Shown: positions 8,186 through 16,435 of the stretch, one piece after another | Layout: each line of letters begins with the position of its first letter | How positions within the stretch are numbered: the stretch's first letter is position 1 | Assembly: GCF_000013725.1 (NCBI RefSeq) | Contig: NC_007955.1 | Coordinates: 317,579-341,578, forward strand | DNA length: 24,000 nt | Direction: 5' to 3' | DNA from: Methanococcoides burtonii DSM 6242 | GTDB lineage: Archaea; Halobacteriota; Methanosarcinia; Methanosarcinales; Methanosarcinaceae | Notes under the pieces: model-generated | The model's input: only the letters and a program-made list of their open reading frames with translations | Told to the model about the DNA's origin: nothing | Databases searched by the model: none | Translations under genes and position numbers: made by a program

Positions 8186-8374
8186 TTAATATCGTTTAGG
8201 TGGTCTGTGGCTCTGGTAGCATTCCTTGCAGTATACTGGCCTGTCAGGGTCCGGTACGAAAGGCACTTCTGTTTCCTGACCGCAGTCAGCACATTTAGCT
8301 TTGTGCATCTCTCTTGGTCCATTATTGAAACCACCGCTTCCGCCGCCTCTGCCGTTAAAGCTTCTTCTTTCCAT
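8186..8374 (-). CDS. Small zinc-ribbon protein with a CxxC-x17-CxxC domain and a Gly/Arg-rich N-terminus
   Basis: 62 aa: MERRSFNGRGGGSGGFNNGPREMHKAKCADCGQETEVPFVPDPDRPVYCKECYQSHRPPKRY. CADC and CKEC are separated by exactly 17 residues. A GGGAGG SD lies 7 nt upstream of the ATG, and TATAAAATATAAA lies just upstream of that. Confidence 0.75.
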   Translation of the reverse strand: MERRSFNGRGGGSGGFNNGPREMHKAKCADCGQETEVPFVPDPDRPVYCKECYQSHRPPKRY

Positions 8375-9200
8375 CTCTTTTCCTCCCTTTATATTTTATA
8401 CCAAATTCATCCAAAAAGAGCCGCACTTGGGGATACCTTATTCTTGGGAGGTCTTGATGGATTCGTTGACTTATTCAATTCAGGGTCTGATTATATATAG
8501 CACTGTTGGTTTTTCAGAGAACTGGAAATTCAAAATATTGCTGTGATGCCGTTTGGTTCTGTTTTTATCGGCTTTCAGTGGATTATTTTTGGATCATTTA
8601 TTTATCTTTTAATTGATCTATTGTGAAAAAATTCATTATTTTCAATTTTTATACAGGGAAATAATTCATTATGTGAAACATGATATTTCAAAAAATTCTA
8701 TCTCACTACCGTTATCATGCTCAGTATATCCTCTACATGGTATAATAGTCCTGTTCAATGCTTCCAAAATGCCAGGTGTTAACAGAACAATAATTGCAAA
8801 GACCTCGACTCTTCCGATAACATGCTAGCAATAAGGGTGAATTTATCAGGATTGGGTATGGGCTCAAAGTCTGCTGTTGTCTATCGAGTGGTTGTGGGGT
8901 AAACTTTTCGGGTAGTAGTTGTAGCTGAAAATGCCAGTACGTGAATATGCTTCGATTTTGAATCATATGGGCAAGAATAAGGGCTGCTACTGTAGTGATC
9001 GAGAAATATGATTTAAAATCCTGATGTCTATCAATGATTAGCAAAATATTGCAGTAATATTATGCCTGCGATAAAGATGAATAATTGTGGTAATCATCTT
9101 GCTATCCTCATATCTGGTGATCAATTTCTGTACTCTGGAATGGTATTTGGATAAAGCCCTCAAAAGTCAAACCATTCCATCATCATAACCATCATCATCA

Positions 9201-9214
9201 GAAAAGTATATTTA
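9201..9214 (+). promoter_or_regulatory. Candidate BRE/TATA element for the archaellin operon
   Basis: gaaaagTATATTTA is centred about 46 nt upstream of the arlB1 ATG. That would place a TSS near 9237, ahead of the AGGGATGAT SD-like element at 9241-9249. This rests on position and sequence only. Confidence 0.35.
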
Positions 9215-9255
9215 CGAGTAAAACCAATTAAATATTAATCAGGGATGATAAAAGT

Positions 9256-9828
9256 ATGAATCAATGGAACAAAATCATAAAAGATGACAAAGCATTTACT
9301 GGGCTTGAAGCCGCAATCGTTCTGGTTGCATTTGTAGTCGTAGCAGCGGTTTTCAGTTATGTAATGCTTGGAGCAGGGTTCTATACAACCCAGAAGAGTC
9401 AGGAAGTCGTACACACAGGTGTGGCGCAGGCCAGTAGTAGTGTTGCAGTGGCTGGGGACGTTGTCGCTAAAGGTCATACGTCTGATGGAAGTGTTGCAAA
9501 TATTACTTTCTATATATCAACCACAGCTGGAGGGTCGCCTGTAGATCTCAGCAAATCTATTTTGACATACACCGATTCGGATAATTTTGTAGCTAACTGT
9601 AATTGGAGCACTTCAGCTATAATTGGGGACAGTGATGAGTTGGTTGAGAAGGGAGAGAAATATCAGATCACAGCTGAATTGGGGGCTGGGGGGTCATTAG
9701 TTACAACCATGCCTGGTGTGAACGAAAAGATAAAGATTGAACTTAAGCCACCAACTGGGGCTGTATTGATAGTAGAAAGATCTATGCCTCCTGAAATTAC
9801 TGCAAATAGTTATTATACGGTTTATTGA
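9256..9828 (+). CDS. arlB: Archaellin (archaeal flagellin), Methanomicrobia type, paralog 1
   Basis: It has a class III signal peptide with a KA|FTGLEAAIVLVAFVVVAAVFSYVMLGAGFYTTQKSQEVVHTGV hydrophobic N-terminus (Glu at +5), like the Methanospirillum/Methanosarcina archaellins. A variable beta-rich C-terminal domain carries N-x-S/T sequons (NIT, NWS). Confidence 0.9.
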   Translation: MNQWNKIIKDDKAFTGLEAAIVLVAFVVVAAVFSYVMLGAGFYTTQKSQEVVHTGVAQASSSVAVAGDVVAKGHTSDGSVANITFYISTTAGGSPVDLSKSILTYTDSDNFVANCNWSTSAIIGDSDELVEKGEKYQITAELGAGGSLVTTMPGVNEKIKIELKPPTGAVLIVERSMPPEITANSYYTVY

Positions 9829-9842
9829 GAAGGTGATGGAAA

Positions 9843-10403
9843 ATGTTTAAGAAATTCTTTAATGATGATAAAGCATTTACTGGACTTGAAGCAGCAATTG
9901 TTTTAGTAGCGTTTGTCGTTGTGGCTGCTGTTTTCAGTTATGTCATGCTTGGAGCAGGGTTCTACACAACCCAGAAGAGTCAGGAAGTCGTACACACGGG
10001 CGTGGCACAGGCCAGCAGTAGTCTTGAGGTAAGTGGGGATGTTATTGCATCTGGAAACATTACTGCTAATACTATTGAAAATGTGACCGTATTTGTGCAA
10101 CTTACTGCGGGAGGTTCACCTATTGATATGAACAGAACTATAATCACATATACGGATCTTAATAACCATGCATCCTTTACTATGGATGATCCCGAAATGA
10201 CCGTGCCAGCAAAATATGGCGGTGCCGATGCTGATAACCTTCTTGAGAAATTCGAGAAATTCGAAGTGCGCATTGATCTTAGCAGCTATTCTATAAGTGC
10301 TAACGATGAATTCCAGTTTGAGATAAAGCCACCTGAGGGAGCTTCCTACACTCTGCAGAGATCGGCACCTCCTCAGATAGACGCAATAATGACACTCTAT
10401 TAA
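9843..10403 (+). CDS. arlB: Archaellin, paralog 2
   Basis: A 53-aa stretch spanning the end of the signal peptide and the mature N-terminus (DDKAFTGLE...AQASSS) is identical to paralog 1, and the C-terminal domain diverges (sequons NIT, NVT, NRT). An AAGGTGATGG SD precedes the ATG. Confidence 0.9.
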   Translation: MFKKFFNDDKAFTGLEAAIVLVAFVVVAAVFSYVMLGAGFYTTQKSQEVVHTGVAQASSSLEVSGDVIASGNITANTIENVTVFVQLTAGGSPIDMNRTIITYTDLNNHASFTMDDPEMTVPAKYGGADADNLLEKFEKFEVRIDLSSYSISANDEFQFEIKPPEGASYTLQRSAPPQIDAIMTLY

Positions 10404-10436
10404 TGAGTGTCTCATCTTTTTTTATTTTCGGATGAG
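10403..10436 (+). terminator. Hairpin(s) plus T7 run after the archaellin genes
   Basis: ATGAG-tgt-CTCAT (10403-10415) is followed by a T7 run (10417-10423). Alternatively CTCATC (10411-16) pairs with GATGAG (10431-36). Oligo-T is the usual archaeal termination signal, which would fit high archaellin mRNA with partial read-through. Confidence 0.45.
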
Positions 10437-10520
10437 GCATAAGAAATATCAATTTATAAATCGATGTCATTAACGTCAATTTAACTATTATATATATGGT
10501 CATATTTTAGGTGATGTACA

Positions 10521-11285
10521 ATGGGTGATGCAGAAGGTTTCGACCAGTCAATGATTGATACTCTGATGACGAGTGCTGAAGGAGACACCGTCGAATCAAA
10601 AGTTGCGGACTTGGAGGTAGAGCTAGTTGAAATCAAAGGTTCTGTCAAACAGCTCCTTCTGGATATCAGGGAAACAATGAGCACGATTGAAAATCCTTTT
10701 CAGAATGTTCAGGCATTAGCCAATATTACTGCTCCAGTAACTGCTCAAGCCCCTGAACCACCTGTGAATACCACTCCAATAGTTGAACCGATAGTGGATA
10801 CTCCGACCATAGAACCTCCTGTGAATATTCCTCCTGTGGATGCAATTCCTGATGCATGTGAAGTTAGGTCAGTCTCACAGAATATTCCTGGTTTTACTGA
10901 TAACAATAAGGCAAATTTTGCTATGGGTGTCAATGATTATGCTCAAAAAGCAAATGGTATTTCTGACTTGAAACTTACTGATCCACTTTCTCTCCACAAG
11001 ACAATTGTTTGGGGGAAGGATATGGTCAAAAAATATGATTCTGAAACCATGCCGGAATTACTCGATATATTCTCACTTTTGGGCTATCTTCCAGAGAATA
11101 CGAAAAAGATCTTACTCAAAATTACAAATATTCTGTATGAAAATAATGATCTCGATGAATCAGTTATGGATCTATTCAGGCTTTCTCGTATACTCAATCC
11201 TGATGATTCGAGCCTTGACTCTATGGTACTGGATTATGTTTTGAATGAACAAAATATGGAGAAAACATGTCAAGCGAAGTCCTAA
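10521..11285 (+). CDS. arlCDE: Archaellum motor/switch-adaptor protein, fused FlaC-like coiled coil plus FlaD/E domain
   Basis: The N-terminal coiled coil ends in LLLDIRETMSTIENPF (FlaC_arch-like). A Pro-rich linker follows (APEPPVNTTPIVEPIVDTPTIEPPVNIPPV), then a C-terminal FlaD/E-like helical domain. It sits directly after the archaellins, and an AGGTGAT SD precedes the ATG. Confidence 0.8.
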   Translation: MGDAEGFDQSMIDTLMTSAEGDTVESKVADLEVELVEIKGSVKQLLLDIRETMSTIENPFQNVQALANITAPVTAQAPEPPVNTTPIVEPIVDTPTIEPPVNIPPVDAIPDACEVRSVSQNIPGFTDNNKANFAMGVNDYAQKANGISDLKLTDPLSLHKTIVWGKDMVKKYDSETMPELLDIFSLLGYLPENTKKILLKITNILYENNDLDESVMDLFRLSRILNPDDSSLDSMVLDYVLNEQNMEKTCQAKS

Positions 11286-11740
11286 CTACATCAATACTAA
11301 CAATCGCAAGTATTGTAGCTGTCATAGCCCTCATTAATACTGTAGTTCCTTCGATCAATGAGTTGTCGCGTTCTTACTCAGCTATTTCACATGAAATGGG
11401 GACTGAAGTTAAAACTGATATTGATATAATTTTTATTTCTACTCAGGAAAACAACATTTCTCTTTGGGTCAAAAATGTTGGCTCTTCCCGGATTCCTTTA
11501 TCATATCTTGGAATGAGTGATATTTTCATCACGTCCTCTTCTAATAGCTGGCATCCTTATTTTGAAAATGCATCTGCTCCTACCTGGGATTATACGCTTG
11601 AAAATGGTGATGGAAGTACATGGGATGCAGGTGAAACAATTAAAACGAGCATCGAGTTAGATACTCTACCCAGCGACACCTACAATATAAATTTCGTTCT
11701 TTATAATGGGGTATCTGGGTCGGATATATTTTCTAAGTGA
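11267..11740 (+). CDS. arlF: ArlF/ArlG-family protein (N-terminal archaellin-like TM helix plus beta-sandwich), assigned ArlF by gene order
   Basis: 157 aa with an N-terminal hydrophobic helix (ILTIASIVAVIALINTVV), then TDIDIIFIS...ISLWVKNVGSSRIP, typical of the FlaF/FlaG fold. It overlaps the end of arlCDE by 19 nt. The F versus G assignment is uncertain. Confidence 0.65.
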   Translation: MSSEVLTTSILTIASIVAVIALINTVVPSINELSRSYSAISHEMGTEVKTDIDIIFISTQENNISLWVKNVGSSRIPLSYLGMSDIFITSSSNSWHPYFENASAPTWDYTLENGDGSTWDAGETIKTSIELDTLPSDTYNINFVLYNGVSGSDIFSK

Positions 11741-11744
11741 TAGC

Positions 11745-12218
11745 ATGGGTCTTGATACAGTAATTGTGGCCTTTTTTGTTATTACGACTATGTTAGTTGT
11801 AGCAAACACCCTCGTATTCGGAATGAATGAATTCATAGATTCGTCTTTTGATGGGTATAGTGCAATGCATACAACGACAATAGATAAAATGCAAACAGAT
11901 ATTGAAATACAGAATATCTGGTTTAATTCAACGGAAAATCATCTTCATTTCATGGTGGAAAATACCGGTGAGACAAAGTTAAGTGAGTTCGATCTATGGG
12001 ATATTATTGTTATTAAAAACGGTACTGCCGATTATATGGGTGGCAATAGGTGGGCACTGGATGTCTATGATGGCCAGCTAAATCCCAACATTCTAGATCC
12101 ACTCGAAGAAATGGAGATTGAGATAATGGAAGAATATAACAATGGGGATGCTATCATTTTGAAAGTTATAACTCCAAACGGCATAGTTTCCTCTAAAGGC
12201 TGGACAATTGGTGGTTAA
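11745..12218 (+). CDS. arlG: ArlF/ArlG-family protein, assigned ArlG by gene order
   Basis: I prefer the ATG at 11745 (MGLDTVIVAFFVITTMLVVANTLVFG), 4 nt after the upstream stop codon, over the track start at 11706. TDIEIQNIWFN...HLHFMVENTGETKL is the FlaF/G beta-sandwich signature. Confidence 0.65.
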   Translation: MGLDTVIVAFFVITTMLVVANTLVFGMNEFIDSSFDGYSAMHTTTIDKMQTDIEIQNIWFNSTENHLHFMVENTGETKLSEFDLWDIIVIKNGTADYMGGNRWALDVYDGQLNPNILDPLEEMEIEIMEEYNNGDAIILKVITPNGIVSSKGWTIGG

Positions 12219-12219
12219 A

Positions 12220-12936
12220 ATGGTGGATATTGACGATAAAAAAAATATTCTTTCAAGTGGTAATAATGAAATTGATAAAAAACTTGGAGAAGGCATACCT
12301 CTGGGGTCCCTTGTACTTATAGAGGGTGAAAACGATACTGGTAAAAGTGTTTTATGTCAGCAACTAGTACATGGTGGATTGAATCAGTTGCACAGGATGG
12401 CATATTATTCAACTGAGAACACCATCAAAAGTCTACTTAAGCAGATGGAAAGTTTAAGTCTGGATGTATCCGATTTTTATAGTTGGGGTTATCTAAGAAT
12501 ATTGCCCGTCCAACTTGCTGGTGTTGATTGGACTTCTGAACAAATGAAAGGGACTCTTAATTTAATGGCAGAGAATATTAAAAATATGAGGGAACAGGTT
12601 ATATTTATAGATTCTCTCACAATGTTTACGACATATTCTGATGAAGATAGTATTCTTGGTTTCCTTACCAAGCTTAAAAATTTGTGTGATCAGGGTCATA
12701 CAATCTTTATCACCTTGCATCAGCATGCTTTCAAGGAAGACACTCTTGTAAGGATCAGGTCCGCATGCGATTGTCACCTGTTTCTCAGGAAAGAGCAGCT
12801 TTCGGATCGCTATATCAGTGTTATGGAAGTTGCAAAGATAAGGGGTGCAAAGATACGTACGGGTAATATTGTGAGCTTTGAAGTTCAACCTGGGTATGGG
12901 CTGAAAATTATTCCTATCTCTCACGCAAAAACGTGA
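12220..12936 (+). CDS. arlH: ArlH (FlaH), RecA/KaiC-like ATP-binding archaellum motor protein
   Basis: The ATG at 12220 lies 1 nt after the arlG stop codon. It has Walker A GENDTGKS and a Walker-B-like VIFIDSLT, and it has the size and position expected of FlaH. Confidence 0.85.
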   Translation: MVDIDDKKNILSSGNNEIDKKLGEGIPLGSLVLIEGENDTGKSVLCQQLVHGGLNQLHRMAYYSTENTIKSLLKQMESLSLDVSDFYSWGYLRILPVQLAGVDWTSEQMKGTLNLMAENIKNMREQVIFIDSLTMFTTYSDEDSILGFLTKLKNLCDQGHTIFITLHQHAFKEDTLVRIRSACDCHLFLRKEQLSDRYISVMEVAKIRGAKIRTGNIVSFEVQPGYGLKIIPISHAKT

Positions 12937-12967
12937 TAATAATTATTTTTAGTTTTTGGAGGTTTAT

Positions 12968-14800
12968 ATGGCTGGATCTAAGGGCATACTTATAGACGAG
13001 GAGTTTGAAAAGGGGTTAAAAGCTTGCTTTCCTTTCAAACCAAAAAAATATGAGGGGCATGAGCATTCTGAAATAAAAAATTCGAGTCTATATAAGATAC
13101 TTTCTCCCGAAATGAAAAAAGAAGTTGAAAACAACCGTCATCTTTTGGAATATTTGCATATATTACCGATCGATACGATTGGAATTCCAAAATATGTTTC
13201 CAATCTTACATCTAAATATGGTGATCTCGAAAAACCCAATTTAATATACAAAACTAGTGATAATACCTATGTACATATTTATCCAAACAAGAATGGTGTA
13301 AGGGATTATTATATTCCGATAGAACCAACCCTGCTCATCGGTGTTGGTAATCTGCTAAAAGAATTGGAAATAAAAATGCTGGATTACCTCACGGGAATTG
13401 AGTTTGATCCGAATGATGTCGAAGAGAAAACAAAAATATTGATCGACGCTCTGGATGATATTTGTGTAATTGGAGTAAAGGAACAAAATGATGATTCTTT
13501 TACGAATTTTAAAAATTCTCTTGAAGCAAAACTCTTTCCGGATAAAAGAAAAAATGAGGACGGACACATATATTTATCCCAAGAAAAATATTATGCCTTA
13601 AAATATCTTCTTCTTAGGGATAAGATCGCATTAGGTTTTCTCGCTCCATATATATGTGACAGTAATATTGAAGATATCACCTGCAACGGACTAGGGTCTA
13701 TATTTCTGGAACACAAAGTGTTCGATGGTCTAAGAAGTGTCCTTGAGTTCACTGACAATGATGTTCTCAACCACTTTATAATCAAGCTTGCAGAAAGGAT
13801 CGGTAAACCTATTACTTTTAAAGATCCAATTGTGGATGCCACACTTCCAGATGGTTCAAGGATTAACATTGTTTATGGAACCGATGTGAGCAAAAATGGT
13901 AGTAACTTCACAATAAGGAAATTTAATGATATTCCATTCAGTATTCTTCAGGTAATCGATAGGGGTACGATGGATTATAAGGTCGCAGCTTATATCTGGA
14001 TTCTTCTTTCTGAGGGGATGAGTGGTTTTATCTGTGGTGAAACTGCAAGCGGTAAAACAACTTCATTAAATGCCCTTACAACTTTTATAAGTCCTGATGC
14101 AAAATTGGTTTCTATAGAAGATACTCCTGAATTACAGATCCCTCATAAAAATTGGACACGTGAGGTGACTCGTGGTAGCACAAGAGGTGGTGGTGTTGGC
14201 GAAGGGACTGGTTCGGATGTTACGATGTTCGACCTTCTAAAAGCTGGCTTGAGGCAGAGACCAAATTATATTCTTGTGGGTGAGATTAGAGGAGTCGAGG
14301 GAAATGTTGCCTTTCAGGCTATGCAGACAGGTCACCCTGTTGTATCAACCTTCCACGCTGCAAGTGTTGAAAAATTAATACAGAGGATCACTGCAGAACC
14401 CATAAGCATTCCCAAAACATATGTTGATAATTTGAATTTTGTTATTATTCAATCTGCTGTCAGACGGCCCGATGGGAAAATGGTGAGAAGGGTAATTAGC
14501 GTAAGTGAAGTTATTGGGTTTGATGCCCAAAAGGGTGTTTCTTTCATAGAGTCATATACCTGGGATCCGATCACTGATACTCATGTTTTCAATGCTCACG
14601 GTAGTTCTTATCTTCTGGAACAAAAAATTGCAACAAGGCTAGGAATTCCTGCAAATAAAAAGTATGTTGTTTATGAGGAAATAGAGAAAAGGGCTAAAAT
14701 ATTAGAAAGTTTTCAAGAAGAAGGTATCACGAATTTCTATGATTTTTTTGATACGATCTCTAAAATTACAAAACATGGGTTACTGAGAATTAAATTCTAA
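12968..14800 (+). CDS. arlI: ArlI (FlaI), type II/IV secretion-family hexameric ATPase of the archaellum
   Basis: The ATG at 12968 follows GGAGGT. It has Walker A GETASGKTT, an Asp box VSIEDTPEL, Walker B ILVGEIRG and a His box STFHA. Confidence 0.9.
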   Translation: MAGSKGILIDEEFEKGLKACFPFKPKKYEGHEHSEIKNSSLYKILSPEMKKEVENNRHLLEYLHILPIDTIGIPKYVSNLTSKYGDLEKPNLIYKTSDNTYVHIYPNKNGVRDYYIPIEPTLLIGVGNLLKELEIKMLDYLTGIEFDPNDVEEKTKILIDALDDICVIGVKEQNDDSFTNFKNSLEAKLFPDKRKNEDGHIYLSQEKYYALKYLLLRDKIALGFLAPYICDSNIEDITCNGLGSIFLEHKVFDGLRSVLEFTDNDVLNHFIIKLAERIGKPITFKDPIVDATLPDGSRINIVYGTDVSKNGSNFTIRKFNDIPFSILQVIDRGTMDYKVAAYIWILLSEGMSGFICGETASGKTTSLNALTTFISPDAKLVSIEDTPELQIPHKNWTREVTRGSTRGGGVGEGTGSDVTMFDLLKAGLRQRPNYILVGEIRGVEGNVAFQAMQTGHPVVSTFHAASVEKLIQRITAEPISIPKTYVDNLNFVIIQSAVRRPDGKMVRRVISVSEVIGFDAQKGVSFIESYTWDPITDTHVFNAHGSSYLLEQKIATRLGIPANKKYVVYEEIEKRAKILESFQEEGITNFYDFFDTISKITKHGLLRIKF

Positions 14801-14814
14801 ACGAGGCAATTGGT

Positions 14815-16434
14815 ATGGATATTTCTGGCTTAAAAAATATATTTAAGAGAATAGATGAAGGGAATTCTTCAAACTCGTTGTCAAAAATGTGGTCTCGCAA
14901 GGTAGAGAACTTTAAAAAAGATCTCTACATTAGCAACGATATGCTATTCTCCTTAACTTATATGGCATCCATATCGACTGCAAATGTAAGTAGGGACAAG
15001 ATATTCACAAATATATCGGAGAAAACTGAATATTGTCCGCATACTTATTTTAAAAAGGTCAAAGATCTGGCTCAGGATTGGCATTATGACTATGCTCAGG
15101 CATGTGAGCTTGTATCTGTTAAGATCAAGAATGCTAAGTTACATGAACTATTTAATAGATTTTCCAATTCAATTGCTTCAGGTGAACCCGACGTTGAGTT
15201 TCTCAAGAAAGAGTGGAAATTATTTAAAACAATAAGAAAAGATGAATTCGAGAGAAACCTTGAAACTACAAAAGAATGGTCAAATGCTTACACTGCATTG
15301 CTTGTTTCAACATCTCTTGTATCCATTATAGTATTACTTTCTGTAATTTTATATAATTTGGGAGAACCTTCAAAGACGCTTTATGGCACAGCTTTTATCG
15401 TATCGCTTATGTCTTTTGGAGGTGTAGCATTACTATTCAAAGGCGTTCCCAGGGATTCGATGATCCATAGTTTGGATAAGAAATCAAAGGAACAGACCTA
15501 CATCTACAAGTGGTTGCCAGTTACAATAATTTTTTCTGTCCTCTCAGTTGTAACACTGACCTTGATCCCTTCATTTTTTTATCCGGTTGATTTCTATGTT
15601 GGTATCAAAGGGTTTGGAATGATCCTGGCGGGTCTGATAATGCTTCCGGTTGGACTTGCAGCTCGCACAGATGTTATCAAAGTCAATAAAAGGGATGAAA
15701 GTTACACGACATTTATCAGAAGCCTTGGGTCGATCGTGAGTGGTTCGGGGCTAACACTTCCAAAGGCTCTAATGAAGATAGATCCTAAGAATCTTGGAGA
15801 ACTGAGGGAGATAACGATCGAACTTCATAGGAAGCTTACGATTGGCATGGATTCAAAGCTGTGCTGGAATCAATTTGTGGAAGACTCAGGTAGCTATTTG
15901 ATTCACAAATTTACAAGTGTTTTTGTTGATTCCATTAATTTGGGAGGTGATGCTGAAGCGGTTGGAGAGCTTGTAAGTTCCTCAAATCTTGAACTTGTTC
16001 TTTTGAGGATGAAAAGGGAGCGTATTTCTGCTTCTTTCACCTTCCTAGTAGTACCTCTTCATCTGGCAATGGTGGCACTTCTTCTTTTCATTGGACAGAT
16101 ACTGATGTTGTTCACAAACATTATTTCAGAGCTATTTACAAAATATGACATATCTGAATCTGCCATCGCAGGTGGTGCTGGCGGTGTTAGCATGAATCTG
16201 GGTATATTTGGGGGTGTTCCAGTTGAGCTTCTGGGTCAATTTGTTGTAGTGGTAATTATAGTATTGACACTGGGTAATGTTCTTGCAGTGAATCTTGTGA
16301 AAGGGGGCCCCTTATATCTTCTAGTATTTTATGGGTCAATATTTTTCATATTTTCGGGAATCATGATGCTTATTGTTCCTCCTGTGGTAGACATATTCTT
16401 TTCGTTTGATTCATTTATGGATGGAGGTATATGA
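14815..16434 (+). CDS. arlJ: ArlJ (FlaJ), polytopic membrane platform protein (GspF/TadC-like)
   Basis: 539 aa with two cytoplasmic helical domains alternating with TM clusters. It lies directly after arlI. Confidence 0.85.
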   Translation: MDISGLKNIFKRIDEGNSSNSLSKMWSRKVENFKKDLYISNDMLFSLTYMASISTANVSRDKIFTNISEKTEYCPHTYFKKVKDLAQDWHYDYAQACELVSVKIKNAKLHELFNRFSNSIASGEPDVEFLKKEWKLFKTIRKDEFERNLETTKEWSNAYTALLVSTSLVSIIVLLSVILYNLGEPSKTLYGTAFIVSLMSFGGVALLFKGVPRDSMIHSLDKKSKEQTYIYKWLPVTIIFSVLSVVTLTLIPSFFYPVDFYVGIKGFGMILAGLIMLPVGLAARTDVIKVNKRDESYTTFIRSLGSIVSGSGLTLPKALMKIDPKNLGELREITIELHRKLTIGMDSKLCWNQFVEDSGSYLIHKFTSVFVDSINLGGDAEAVGELVSSSNLELVLLRMKRERISASFTFLVVPLHLAMVALLLFIGQILMLFTNIISELFTKYDISESAIAGGAGGVSMNLGIFGGVPVELLGQFVVVVIIVLTLGNVLAVNLVKGGPLYLLVFYGSIFFIFSGIMMLIVPPVVDIFFSFDSFMDGGI

Positions 16435-16435
16435 A

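Noticed and set aside
8150-8546. 116- and 81-aa plus-strand ORFs
   Set aside because: They are antisense to, or overlap, the well-supported zinc-ribbon gene. The poly-Pro/Leu translation derives from the Gly-rich codons on the other strand.
8733-9044. 103-aa minus-strand ORF (and a 71-aa plus-strand ORF at 8613-8828) in the long spacer upstream of arlB
   Set aside because: It has a TTG start with no SD, a Q/L/Y-rich composition with no motif and no TM or domain pattern. I checked whether read-through of the in-frame TAG (pyrrolysine) would extend either ORF; it adds only 1-3 codons. I treat the region as non-coding.
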